Made by a program: the position numbers and the translations under genes
NCBI GenBank assembly: GCA_019120615.1
Contig: DWUT01000013.1
Location: forward strand, 2,519 to 66,518
Direction of reading: 5' to 3'
Source of the DNA: Candidatus Mediterraneibacter norfolkensis
GTDB lineage: Bacteria > Bacillota > Clostridia > Lachnospirales > Lachnospiraceae
DNA length: 64,000 nt
Notes under the pieces: model-generated
Databases searched by the model: none
What the model saw: only the letters and a program-made list of their open reading frames with translations
What the model was told of the DNA's origin: nothing
Shown here: positions 28,022-37,145 of the stretch, in pieces
How the letters are laid out: each line of letters starts with the position of its first letter
How positions within the stretch are numbered: position 1 is the stretch's first letter

Positions 28022-28336
28022 CTATAAACTGATTCTCATCAGTTCATTATAGGCATCCAGTGCTTTGTTGCGAAGCTGGACCAGCATATTAGTTGCAAGC
28101 TGTGCCTCAGATGCTGCGATCTGTACCGTATGCGGGTCGTCGATCTGCCCTGTCGAAAGAAGATACTGCTGTGACTGAAGATTGCTCTCCGTATTTCTTA
28201 CATCCTGTATGGCATTTTGAAATATGTCCTGAAACATACCGCCCGCGGACACAGACTGGGTATCCTGCGTGGAATCCGCGCTGATCCCGCCGATCGTCTG
28301 CCACGGCTGAATAGGTGTGATAAAACTAGTCTCCAT
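28022..28336 (-). CDS. fliE: Flagellar hook-basal body complex protein FliE
   Basis: 104 aa. FQDIFQNAIQDV..TGQIDDPHTVQIAASEAQLATNMLVQLRNKALDAYNELMRI is the FliE signature. Confidence 0.9.
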   Translation of the reverse strand: METSFITPIQPWQTIGGISADSTQDTQSVSAGGMFQDIFQNAIQDVRNTESNLQSQQYLLSTGQIDDPHTVQIAASEAQLATNMLVQLRNKALDAYNELMRISL

Positions 28337-28379
28337 TCTTTCTGTCTCCTTTATTATCTGCTATATATACCGATCATTC

Positions 28380-28772
28380 TTACTGACCTGTGATCACAGT
28401 ATTCAGACGGCTGATGTCACTGCTGACACTGCGCAGCAGATACTGGTACTGGAGTGAAGTTCTTGTAAGCTCCATTAATTCAGCGTCCGCATTCACATTG
28501 TTTCCGTCAGCCCGCGCAGTCTCCCCCTGGGAAGTATGTACTCTGTATGTGCTGCCAGTGACCGCGTCTCTGACTGCCGCTCCGCTTGGATCTGCAGAAG
28601 CGGCTCTCAGCCTATTCTGGAACTCTTCCTCAAAAGTTACATATTGTGATTTATATCCGGGAGTTTCTACATTTGCCAGGTTGTTTGAGATCACCGACTC
28701 CTTCTCCCACAGAAAATCCAGCGCCTTTGACATCATCGCCATTGAATTGCCATATATGCCATAAACCGCCAT
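28380..28772 (-). CDS. flgB: Flagellar basal-body rod protein FlgB
   Basis: Start moved to ATG 28772 (GAGAGGAGG RBS). The GTG at 28832 used by the ORF track lies about 10 nt from the predicted transcription start. LDFLWEKESVISNNLANVETPGYK and NNVNADAELMELT are FlgB motifs. Confidence 0.85.
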   Translation of the reverse strand: MAVYGIYGNSMAMMSKALDFLWEKESVISNNLANVETPGYKSQYVTFEEEFQNRLRAASADPSGAAVRDAVTGSTYRVHTSQGETARADGNNVNADAELMELTRTSLQYQYLLRSVSSDISRLNTVITGQ

Positions 28773-28849
28773 AAAACAACCTCCTCTCTTAATCAGACTG
28801 AAATCGATATCGTTTCCGATCATTTTCTGCACTTTTCGACTTCTTAGAA

Positions 28850-28878
28850 ATTTTAGAACAGTATCAGAGTGTTGTCAA
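28850..28878 (-). promoter_or_regulatory. Sigma-A-type promoter of the flgB flagellar operon
   Basis: The minus strand reads TTGACA (28878-28873), a 17-nt spacer, then TAAAAT (28855-28850). It lies about 75 nt upstream of the flgB ATG. Confidence 0.7.
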
Positions 28879-28911
28879 TAATTTTTTTTCGATTTTACAA
28901 TTTTTAGCCCC

Positions 28912-28941
28912 TTATTTTTTCTGAATATCTGTCGAAATATA
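28912..28941 (+). promoter_or_regulatory. Conserved 30-nt motif upstream of the mcp gene, a candidate alternative-sigma (sigma-28-like) promoter
   Basis: TTATTTTTTCTGAATATCTGTCGAAATATA matches 32297-32326 at 26/30. It can be read as TTAT-N15-GTCGAAAT (6/8 to GCCGATAT). It ends 63 nt before the mcp ATG. Confidence 0.4.
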
Positions 28942-29004
28942 AATGTATCGATAACCATATTTGTTCTCGATACAAACATTCATAAGAAGAGAGGAGCACA
29001 CAAA

Positions 29005-30414
29005 ATGAACCAGAAATCAGCTTTAAAGTGGAAAATGCGTATCGCCTGTTTCTTACTCACATTGATCGCCTGTATTGCTTCGGTGATCGGCATCATCACA
29101 TCTTTAGGGAATGGTTCCTCGTTGATCCTTACTGTGATTGAGATCATTCTGTTGGTAGCGGCCCTGATCCTTCCTTTCCTTTTTATTTATATGACAAGAG
29201 CACTGCTGTTCACTCCTCTGGAGGAATGTGCAGAGAGACTGCATGCCCTTGCCGAAGGCGATCTGGACAGCCCCATCCCTGCACACGATGCCGATGGCGA
29301 GATCGGATATCTTGTGAAGAGCACGGAACAGATCGTTAAAAATCTTCGCACGATCATTTCAGACGAAAGCCGTATCCTGACTTCCATGAGTTCCGGAGAT
29401 TTTACTATCAACAGTGAATGCCGGGAGCTGTACGTCAATGGCTTCGCACCGATTCTGGAATCCATGAGGAAGATTTGTTTCCGCCTGAATTCTACCCTTC
29501 ACCAGATCCAGGAATCTTCGGTTCAGGTAGACGCCGGTGCGGATCAGGTATCCACCGGCGCCCAGGCACTTTCACAGGGTGCCACAGAGCAGGCGAGTTC
29601 GGTTCAGGAGCTGGCCGCAACCATCAACGACATTTCGAATCAGGTTTCAGAAGCCGCGAAAAATGCTGAATCTGCAAGCAACCTTGCAAGCAGTGTTGGA
29701 AATGACATGATGGACAGTAATCTCCATATGAGTGAGATGACAAATGCAATGGCCGAGATCAAGGAGACATCCAACCAGATCCATAAGATCATCAAGACGA
29801 TCGAGGATATTGCATTCCAGACAAACATTCTTGCGCTGAATGCCGCAGTCGAAGCTGCAAGGGCGGGCTCCGCCGGAAAAGGATTTGCCGTTGTTGCGGA
29901 AGAAGTCCGTAATCTCGCTGGCAAGAGTCAGGATGCAGCCCAGGATACCACAGTCATGATCCAGAACGCCATCGCCGCAGTGGATAAGGGAATCCATATT
30001 GCAGATGAGACCGCTGAATCCATGAACAAAGTTGTAGCGAATGCGCAGCTTGTCGTTGATCAGATCTCATCCATCTCCGGCACTTCCCGTGCTCAGGCTG
30101 ATGCGATCTCACAGGTTACAACCGGCATCGACCAGATTTCCAGTGTTGTACAGACAAATTCGGCCACAGCCGAGGAAAGCGCCGCTGCCAGCGAAGAACT
30201 GTCAGGTCAGGCTGCTCTGTTAAAAAATCTTCTTGCAGGCTTCAAGTTCCGTCATGATCATGATGCAGAATGCATACAGCCAGCGTCTGTATCTGCTGCT
30301 GAAGAACCGGAATTTGAAGAGTCCTCCTTTGAAGAGCCGTCTTATTTGCAGAACGATACATATACTCCAAATGAGACAACAGCTCCATTTACAGGAAACA
30401 GCGATAAATACTGA
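29005..30414 (+). CDS. Methyl-accepting chemotaxis protein with two TM segments, almost no external loop, a HAMP domain and a signalling domain
   Basis: 469 aa. Highly conserved hairpin tip [41 protein letters not shown]1 and TM2 are separated by only about 5 residues (GNGSS). Confidence 0.95.
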   Translation: MNQKSALKWKMRIACFLLTLIACIASVIGIITSLGNGSSLILTVIEIILLVAALILPFLFIYMTRALLFTPLEECAERLHALAEGDLDSPIPAHDADGEIGYLVKSTEQIVKNLRTIISDESRILTSMSSGDFTINSECRELYVNGFAPILESMRKICFRLNSTLHQIQESSVQVDAGADQVSTGAQALSQGATEQASSVQELAATINDISNQVSEAAKNAESASNLASSVGNDMMDSNLHMSEMTNAMAEIKETSNQIHKIIKTIEDIAFQTNILALNAAVEAARAGSAGKGFAVVAEEVRNLAGKSQDAAQDTTVMIQNAIAAVDKGIHIADETAESMNKVVANAQLVVDQISSISGTSRAQADAISQVTTGIDQISSVVQTNSATAEESAAASEELSGQAALLKNLLAGFKFRHDHDAECIQPASVSAAEEPEFEESSFEEPSYLQNDTYTPNETTAPFTGNSDKY

Positions 30415-30429
30415 TTTGACAAATGTATG

Positions 30430-30463
30430 AAAAACGCCCGGGTCAACAGTCCGGACGTTTTTT
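30430..30463. terminator. Bidirectional rho-independent terminator between the convergent mcp and flhB-C-like genes
   Basis: aaaaacgcccgg..ccggacgtttttt is a stem with one mismatch, flanked by an A-run and a T-run. Confidence 0.65.
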
Positions 30464-30498
30464 CTTTTCTGTATTCCTTTTTATCTGGCGCTTCTTTC

Positions 30499-30843
30499 CT
30501 ATTGCTCATCTGCTGCGTCATCTGTGCCTTCCTCCTGCGGGAGCTGCTCCGCTGTACCCCCGTTCTCCTTCCTTTGCTTCCCGTAATTCAGGAAATACAC
30601 ATAGATATCAACAATCGCAGCGTAAAGCTCCTCAGGTATCTCACTTCCCAGATCAAGCTGGGTAAGCACTGTGGCAAGAGAATTATCCTCGTAGATCGGG
30701 ACCCCGCTGTCTTTCGCCGCCTCTATAATCCGCTGAGCCATATATCCCATGCCCGAAGCAACAATAACCGGCGCCGCGTTTCCTGCCTCATCATAAGACA
30801 GAGCAACGGCTTTCTGATTCAGTACATCATCAAACACTGACAT
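30499..30843 (-). CDS. Stand-alone FlhB C-terminal-domain protein (YlqH-like, EscU/YscU/HrcU family fragment)
   Basis: 114 aa. KAVALSYDEAGNAAPVIVASGMGYMAQRIIEAAKDSGVPIYEDNSLATVL..EIPEELYAAIVDIYVYF is collinear with the part of FlhB after NPTH (compare the FlhB in this window, HYAVALKYD..APVVVAKG). The NPTH site itself is absent. Confidence 0.85.
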   Translation of the reverse strand: MSVFDDVLNQKAVALSYDEAGNAAPVIVASGMGYMAQRIIEAAKDSGVPIYEDNSLATVLTQLDLGSEIPEELYAAIVDIYVYFLNYGKQRKENGGTAEQLPQEEGTDDAADEQ

Positions 30844-32278
30844 TGATCGAATTCTTCCTTTCTCTCAGTCTTGGAAACGCTTCTGTTATCGGAATGGATA
30901 TATTACTCTTTCCGAGCACAAGCTCTTCCGTCTCTATTGAATGTTCACTCAGGATACGCCTGATGTCTTCCTGGATTTTCCTGCTGTCTTCCTCAAGCCC
31001 GTCCGGGATATTGATCTGCATGGATACCCTCTCCCTTCCATAGGAAAAGAACATGTCAAAAAATCCCAGATCTTCTATATCAAATTTCACCAGTCCGCGG
31101 ATGTTTCGCTGCCCTCCACTCTCCCTGGCCTGTTCGCCGCCGTTTCCATCTGCGTCCGGATCCACCCACATTTCAGAAAACATCATTTGTCCGTCCACGC
31201 AGACGGGCATCATAACATGCAGAACCGGCATATAGACGCTCTCATTAAGCACGACAGCCTCCATGATTCTCATAAAAGCCTGACTGTTTTCTGGCCCGGC
31301 TTCTCCCGATGCGCCTTTTCTTATGATATCAGCCAGTTTGCCCATCTCCTGGTTCTGTTGGATCGCTTTTTCATATTCTGTTCCGGCAAGCACGTCGAAA
31401 AGTTTCCCTATATCAAATCCCTGGAAATACTGCTGCATAGTCTGGTAATCAAACAGCTTTTCAAAAGCTTTGAGCACCCCTTCGCTCTGACCGTTTTCAT
31501 ATCTTCCCGTCAGATCCGCCATATGCGCAACCGTATCCCTCAGCACGCCTCTGTCATGTGTTTTGGAAATATAGCTGTTCAGATAGGGAAGAAGATCTGA
31601 TTTCAGAGTGCGCAGATTTTCCGCCTTCTGTTCCGGCGTTCCACCTCCACTGTCTGTGTTATATATCATCCTCTGTTCAAAATGCTCCGCCTGTTCTCTG
31701 GCTTTTGGCATCATTCTCTGCCGAATCTCATTCATATCGCGCTGAATATCAGACAGAACATTCCCTCCCTCGGCCATATCTGTATACTTCTTCAGAAAAT
31801 TCAGGATCCCGTTTTTCAGTTCCACTGACTGCGTCTCCGAAAGCACCCTGCGCAGCAAAGCGAAAAATGCACCTGTATAGCGGACCGAAGACTGAACCTG
31901 TGCTTTGAGCAGACTTCCAATATTCTCAGGACTCACATTGATCATTTTCAAAAACTCGGCAACCTCAGCCGCGAACCCGCTCCCCATTCCAGATTCTACC
32001 GTCATACCTGCAAATTCATTGAGGAGCTTTGGGAGTTCTTCCGCAAGCACAGGCATGTTTTTCAGCTGCTGGACAAATGTATCAAAATTTGTCTCGAACT
32101 GAAACCTCATGTCATCAGGCTGCCCGGAAGCGTCGCTTCTTGCATCGGGTTTGACGACTTTTGCAGGATTTACAGCGCCCTGGACATTGACCGGATTCTG
32201 CAGTTCAGGATTGGCTTTTACGTTGTTCATATTGTCATATCCTGTTGTCGGGGTAGTGACTTTTAAAATATTTGGCAT
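30830..32278 (-). CDS. Hypothetical protein, translationally coupled to the FlhB-C-like gene; C-terminus weakly FliK-C-like
   Basis: 482 aa with no TM. The 14-nt overlap with the downstream gene suggests coupling. The C-terminal VKFDIEDLGFFDMFFSYGRERVSMQINIPD resembles the LxLxPxxLGxIxI..V.I pattern of FliK C-domains (by eye only). Confidence 0.5.
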   Translation of the reverse strand: MPNILKVTTPTTGYDNMNNVKANPELQNPVNVQGAVNPAKVVKPDARSDASGQPDDMRFQFETNFDTFVQQLKNMPVLAEELPKLLNEFAGMTVESGMGSGFAAEVAEFLKMINVSPENIGSLLKAQVQSSVRYTGAFFALLRRVLSETQSVELKNGILNFLKKYTDMAEGGNVLSDIQRDMNEIRQRMMPKAREQAEHFEQRMIYNTDSGGGTPEQKAENLRTLKSDLLPYLNSYISKTHDRGVLRDTVAHMADLTGRYENGQSEGVLKAFEKLFDYQTMQQYFQGFDIGKLFDVLAGTEYEKAIQQNQEMGKLADIIRKGASGEAGPENSQAFMRIMEAVVLNESVYMPVLHVMMPVCVDGQMMFSEMWVDPDADGNGGEQARESGGQRNIRGLVKFDIEDLGFFDMFFSYGRERVSMQINIPDGLEEDSRKIQEDIRRILSEHSIETEELVLGKSNISIPITEAFPRLRERKNSINVSV

Positions 32279-32296
32279 TTTTTCACCTCATGGCAA

Positions 32297-32326
32297 TTAT
32301 TTTTTTTCTATTTCTGTCGAAATATA
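32297..32326 (+). promoter_or_regulatory. Second copy of the conserved 30-nt motif, upstream of cheA; a candidate sigma-28-like promoter
   Basis: TTATTTTTTTTCTATTTCTGTCGAAATATA has the same TTAT-N15-GTCGAAAT geometry as 28912-28941. It ends 89 nt before the cheA ATG. Confidence 0.4.
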
Positions 32327-32415
32327 GAACGACAGAGGTATCTGAGACGGTGTATTCACACAGAACAGCAACCGACTGTCAACATAAATAAATTTAATCA
32401 AAGGCGGTGCAAAAC

Positions 32416-34485
32416 ATGGATAACGGAACTGACAGCTTACTCGATACATATCTATTTGAAACCAATTCGCTGCTTGAACGGTTGGATGAACTTCTTATCG
32501 AGGCTGAGCAGAATAAAGACTTCACGGAGGACGAGGTCAATGAAATCTTCCGCAGCATGCATACAATCAAAGGTTCCTCCGCCATGCTGGAATTTAACTC
32601 TCTGATGGAGATTGCCCATCACATCGAGGATCTGTTTTTCTACATCAGGGAAAACGGAATGTCTGCCCTTGATGCACAGCAAAAGACTGAGTTATTCAAT
32701 CTGATGTTTAAATCTGTTGACCGGCTTCGCGAAGAAGTCGAGAAAGTAGAGAACAGTGAACCTCTCAGTACTAATATCGACAGTTTTATTAAGGAGATAA
32801 ACGATTTTTTATCTAAAATAAGCAATCAGGAACAGGCGGCACAGAATGATTCAGACACCGGCTCAGCGCCGTTGTCTGCGGCGGGCAGGCCTTCAGCTTC
32901 TGTTCTGCCGGAGTGTCCTTACTGCATCCGTGTTTTCTTTCAGGATGGATGCGGTATGGAGAATCTGAGAGCATTCATGCTGGTCACTACCCTGAACGAA
33001 AGCGGGTACGATTTTTCTTATTATCCTTCGGATGTGGAAACAAACAGCGCCTCATCCCAGCAGATCATTGAAAACGGGTTCTACATCGGATTTCAGGATG
33101 AGGAGTCTGCCAATAAGGCATCTGTGATCGTGGCGGGCAGCAACAATATTCATTCCTATGAGATCATTCAAAATGAAGCCGGATCCGAGGAGCCCGAAAA
33201 GCAGGAAACATCCTCACCTGACCAAAAAAAGCCGGATACTGTCAAGGCTGCAGAGCCCAAAAAGCAGGCCGTGCCTGTACACCATGCTCCGGTCAAGCAG
33301 AATCTGATCAGCGTTAATCTTTCAAAGCTGGACAGCCTTATGGCACTTGTTGGAGAGATTGTTATCACGGAATCCATGGTAACTTCCTCCCCGGACTTAA
33401 AAGGATTAAAGCTTGATAATTTTATGAAATCTGCTCGTCAGCTCCGAAAGCTGACCGACGACCTTCAGGATATATCTATGTCCCTTCGCATGGTCTCTGT
33501 TTCAGGCGTGTTTCAGAAGATGAACCGTATCGTACGGGATATGAAAAATACGCTGGGCAAGGACGTCCGTCTCACACTTGTGGGAGAAGATACAGAGCTT
33601 GACAAATCCATCGTGGATAATATAAGCGATCCTATCATGCATATTGTCCGCAATTCCATGGATCACGGGATTGAGGATTCTGTGGACGAGAGGCTTGCCG
33701 CGGGGAAGGACGCTCAGGGAGAGATCATACTCTCCGCCGTCCATACTGGAAACGAAGTGATCATCTCCATCCAGGATGACGGCCAGGGTGTTGATACTGA
33801 TAAAGTTCTCGCCAAAGCAAAAGCCAACGGATTCCTCACAAGGCCGGAGGAGGAATATTCTAAAAAAGATATTCTTGCTCTCCTGATGGAACCTGGATTT
33901 TCTACCAATACCGAGGTTACGGAATATTCAGGCCGGGGCGTCGGCATGGATGTTGTAAAGAAGAATATAGAGTCGCTGGGCGGAACTGTGACCATGTCCA
34001 GTGAAAAGGGGCAGGGTTCCTGTACAACACTGAAGATCCCGCTCACGCTCGCTATTGTGGACGGAATGGAAATCTCTGTGGGAAACTCTGTATTTACAGT
34101 TCCAATCGCAAATATCCGTCAGTCGTTTAAAGTGACGGCTGATAACATCATCTTTGATGCGGCGGGAAATGAACTGATCAAATGCATGGATGACTTCTAT
34201 CCCGTAATACGTCTTCACAAGCTCTACGGCATTTATGAGAATGTACGCACAAATGTGGAAGATGGAATACTGATGTGGGTGGAGGCAAACGACAAGTCAT
34301 ATTGCCTTTTCGTAGACAGTCTGCTGGGCGAACAGCAGGTTGTTGTAAAGCCGCTTCCTTCCTATCTGAATAATTTCGGCATCAAGGATTACGGCATCAG
34401 TGGATTTACGATACTCGGTGATGGAAACATCAGCATTATACTCGACATCGCTGCGATCCACTCTGCGGCCATGAACTCATACTAA
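32416..34485 (+). CDS. cheA: Chemotaxis histidine kinase CheA
   Basis: ATG 32416 is preferred over GTG 32407. P1 Hpt box FRSMHTIKGSSAML, P4 ATPase motifs (HIVRNSMDHGIE, DDGQGVD, GRGVGMDVV) and a P5 CheW-like domain. Confidence 0.95.
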   Translation: MDNGTDSLLDTYLFETNSLLERLDELLIEAEQNKDFTEDEVNEIFRSMHTIKGSSAMLEFNSLMEIAHHIEDLFFYIRENGMSALDAQQKTELFNLMFKSVDRLREEVEKVENSEPLSTNIDSFIKEINDFLSKISNQEQAAQNDSDTGSAPLSAAGRPSASVLPECPYCIRVFFQDGCGMENLRAFMLVTTLNESGYDFSYYPSDVETNSASSQQIIENGFYIGFQDEESANKASVIVAGSNNIHSYEIIQNEAGSEEPEKQETSSPDQKKPDTVKAAEPKKQAVPVHHAPVKQNLISVNLSKLDSLMALVGEIVITESMVTSSPDLKGLKLDNFMKSARQLRKLTDDLQDISMSLRMVSVSGVFQKMNRIVRDMKNTLGKDVRLTLVGEDTELDKSIVDNISDPIMHIVRNSMDHGIEDSVDERLAAGKDAQGEIILSAVHTGNEVIISIQDDGQGVDTDKVLAKAKANGFLTRPEEEYSKKDILALLMEPGFSTNTEVTEYSGRGVGMDVVKKNIESLGGTVTMSSEKGQGSCTTLKIPLTLAIVDGMEISVGNSVFTVPIANIRQSFKVTADNIIFDAAGNELIKCMDDFYPVIRLHKLYGIYENVRTNVEDGILMWVEANDKSYCLFVDSLLGEQQVVVKPLPSYLNNFGIKDYGISGFTILGDGNISIILDIAAIHSAAMNSY

Positions 34486-34513
34486 TCATCAAATATTTAG
34501 GAGGAAATCGATC

Positions 34514-35008
34514 ATGTCAAATGTTAACGAAGAGACAGAGGTCCTCGAAGTATCGGACGCGATGGATGAATTTGCTTCTTCTGACGGCCAGGATTCCGTG
34601 AAAGGATTCCTGACTTTTGTATCCGACGGGCTTACATATGCTGTTCCCACGGAGCAGGTGATTGAGATTATTACAAACCACAGTATCCGTCCCCTTCCGC
34701 TGGTGCCGGATTATGTCAGAGGCATCATCAATCTCAGGGGACAGATCATTCCGATCATTGATATCCGGCTGCGGCTCGGAAAACCTTTTCTGGAGTACAG
34801 CTCCACTACCTGTATTATAATACTTGATATCGGATCGGACCGGATCGGCATTTGTGTGGATTCTGTATCCCAGGTTCTTTCGATAGATACGTCCAACGCC
34901 TCTCCTGTCCCGCTTGAGAACAGGCAGAAGTTTGCCAACTATATGGTATCGGTTGACGATGGAAAAGTTGTTCTTTTCATGGACTGTGCCGCTATCATCG
35001 AACCTTAA
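34514..35008 (+). CDS. cheW: Chemotaxis coupling protein CheW
   Basis: 164 aa. FLTFVSDGLTYAVPTEQVIEI..VPDYVRGIINLRGQIIPIIDIR is the CheW signature. Confidence 0.9.
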   Translation: MSNVNEETEVLEVSDAMDEFASSDGQDSVKGFLTFVSDGLTYAVPTEQVIEIITNHSIRPLPLVPDYVRGIINLRGQIIPIIDIRLRLGKPFLEYSSTTCIIILDIGSDRIGICVDSVSQVLSIDTSNASPVPLENRQKFANYMVSVDDGKVVLFMDCAAIIEP

Positions 35009-35032
35009 AACGACGAAAGGGAAACACCTATC

Positions 35033-35851
35033 ATGATGACACTAAGCAATGAAGACTTCCAGCGCCTTGTAAACTTTGTAAAAAGTAATTACGGAATTGA
35101 CCTGAGCAAAAAAAAGCAGCTTATCGTCGGCCGTCTTACAAATACGATCCACTCTCTTGGTCTGAACTCTTTCAAGGAATATGTAGACCGAATCATTCAA
35201 CAGAAAAACAAAGAGGATATTGAGATACTTCTGAATCATCTCACTACAAACTACACTTTTTTCATGCGTGAGGAGGCTCATTTCAAATTTTTCTCAGAAA
35301 CGATCCTTCCCTGGCTGGAACAGGTAAAGAAGAATCGGGTTTTGAGTATATGGAGCGCTGGATGCTCTACTGGTCAGGAACCATATACTCTCTCTATTCT
35401 TTTGAAAGAATATTTCGGGACCAGGTCCGCAATGTGGGATACACGTGTCCTTGCCACTGATATTTCGCAGAATGTGCTTAAAGCTGCACAGTCAGCTGTC
35501 TATGATAAGGAGTCGCTGAGCAAGCTCCCCGCTTCCTGGATCCGGAAATACTTTCTTCCGGCCGGGGAGCCCGGGCTGTATACGGTGACGCCGTCTCTCA
35601 AAAATAATGTGATTTTCCGGACATTCAATCTTATGGATCCGATTCAGTTCAAGCTGAAGTTTGATGTGATCTTCTGCCGGAATGTTATGATCTATTTTGA
35701 CCAGCCTACGAAGGCTGCCCTTATCCAGCGCTTCTATGACGCGATGGTTCCGGGGGGCTACCTCCTGATCGGACACTCTGAGTCACTGGATCGCACTGGA
35801 TTAAAGTTTCAATATGTTCAGCCTTCTGTATACAGAAAACCGCTGAATTAG
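35033..35851 (+). CDS. cheR: Chemotaxis protein methyltransferase CheR
   Basis: 272 aa with TNYTFFMRE, the SAM-binding motif IWSAGCSTGQEPYT, and IFCRNVMIYF. Confidence 0.9.
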   Translation: MMTLSNEDFQRLVNFVKSNYGIDLSKKKQLIVGRLTNTIHSLGLNSFKEYVDRIIQQKNKEDIEILLNHLTTNYTFFMREEAHFKFFSETILPWLEQVKKNRVLSIWSAGCSTGQEPYTLSILLKEYFGTRSAMWDTRVLATDISQNVLKAAQSAVYDKESLSKLPASWIRKYFLPAGEPGLYTVTPSLKNNVIFRTFNLMDPIQFKLKFDVIFCRNVMIYFDQPTKAALIQRFYDAMVPGGYLLIGHSESLDRTGLKFQYVQPSVYRKPLN

Positions 35852-35870
35852 AAAGGGGAACTCTTATTTC

Positions 35871-37037
35871 ATGAACAGAGATAATAAAATCAGGCTGCTT
35901 ATCGTGGATGACTCTCTTGTCTTCTGCCGTTTTTTAAGCACTCAGCTCCCAAAGATCAATTCAAAGATCACAGTTGCAGGCCACGCGATGAACGCGTTTG
36001 ACGCAATGAAAAAGGTGTCTGCGCTGAAACCGGATGTGATTTCTCTTGATGTGGAAATGCCGGGAATGAACGGAATCGATTTTCTGAAAAAGCTGATCCC
36101 CGAACATCCCATTCCTGTTGTTCTTGTTTCCTCGCTGAATGTAGGCGTATTTGATGCTCTCTCCTACGGGGCTGTGGACTTTGTGAGGAAACCGGATATG
36201 ACGAAAGAGTATACAACGGCGGCCTTTGCCCGAAGTCTCGCCGCTAAGATTCTTATGGCGTCAAGGGCCTCGGTTAAACTTCCGCGCTCAACGGATACTG
36301 ATCAAAAAGCTGCTCTGCCCAGGCAGGAGCATGTTGCTCATACTGCATCCGGAAGTTTCACACCAGCCACAGACAAGTCAAATTCCCGCATTCACATCAA
36401 TCTTCCTAAGCTTTCTGCCGGACAGCTCAGGCTTATGAATCCCTCCTCACTCAAATTGAAAAATACAGTGATCGCCCTGGGCGCGTCTACCGGGGGGACG
36501 GAGGCAACGCTGGAGGTATTGAAGGATCTGCCGGCAGATACACCGGGTATTGTCGTGACACAACATATGCCGGAAGGATTTACCAAAATGTATGCGGAGC
36601 GTCTGAACCGCCTGTGCGCCATGGAAGTAAAAGAAGCCGAAAACGGTGACGTCATCCGACAGGGGCGTGTCCTGATCGCTCCGGGTGGAGACTTCCATAT
36701 GAAGGTTGTGAAGAAAGGGGTCAACTACTCTGTCACCTGTACTCCCGGGCAAAAGGTGAACGGGCACCGGCCGTCTGTGGACGTGCTTTTTCATTCTGTC
36801 GCCCAGTCTGTGAAAAGCGATGCCGTCGGCATTATTCTGACAGGTATGGGCGCGGACGGCGCGGAAGGTCTGCTTGCCATGCGAAAAAATGGCGCATACA
36901 CAATCGGACAGGACGAGGAGTCCTGCGTTGTCTATGGAATGCCAATGGTCGCTAAAAAGATCGGCGCGGTATGTTCGCAGGCTCCCTGCTCAAAAATTGC
37001 GACACTGCTGGTCAATCATCTCAATTCATTAGGATGA
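35871..37037 (+). CDS. cheB: Chemotaxis response regulator protein-glutamate methylesterase CheB
   Basis: Receiver domain (LLIVDDS..ISLDVEMPGMNG), a roughly 70-aa linker, and a methylesterase domain (ALGASTGGTEA, QHMP, GHRPSVD, GMGADG). Confidence 0.9.
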   Translation: MNRDNKIRLLIVDDSLVFCRFLSTQLPKINSKITVAGHAMNAFDAMKKVSALKPDVISLDVEMPGMNGIDFLKKLIPEHPIPVVLVSSLNVGVFDALSYGAVDFVRKPDMTKEYTTAAFARSLAAKILMASRASVKLPRSTDTDQKAALPRQEHVAHTASGSFTPATDKSNSRIHINLPKLSAGQLRLMNPSSLKLKNTVIALGASTGGTEATLEVLKDLPADTPGIVVTQHMPEGFTKMYAERLNRLCAMEVKEAENGDVIRQGRVLIAPGGDFHMKVVKKGVNYSVTCTPGQKVNGHRPSVDVLFHSVAQSVKSDAVGIILTGMGADGAEGLLAMRKNGAYTIGQDEESCVVYGMPMVAKKIGAVCSQAPCSKIATLLVNHLNSLG

Positions 37038-37061
37038 CGCCCAATTTTTTTCCAATATACC

Positions 37062-37090
37062 TTGATTATTTTTAACTAATCAGGTATTAT
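37062..37090 (+). promoter_or_regulatory. Sigma-A-type promoter for the amino-acid ABC transporter operon
   Basis: TTGATT (37062-37067), a 17-nt spacer, then TATTAT (37085-37090). It lies about 55 nt upstream of the ATG at 37146. Confidence 0.55.
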
Positions 37091-37145
37091 TAATAAACAT
37101 GAATTTATTTACATATTTATTCAATCAACTTTTAGGAGGATCATT

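Noticed and set aside
28833-28840. Third GTCGAAA-like heptamer (minus strand GTCGAAAA), just downstream of the flgB sigma-A -10
   Set aside because: A 7-mer is expected by chance several times in 64 kb (one occurs inside hisD near 47780). The upstream part of the 30-nt motif is not shared, so it is not counted as a motif copy.
28773-28849. Looked for a c-di-GMP riboswitch or an invertible flagellar switch upstream of flgB (as in Clostridioides difficile)
   Set aside because: The predicted leader is only about 70 nt, with no long inverted repeats flanking it and no room for a GEMM-type aptamer. Only a short CGATATCG palindrome is present.
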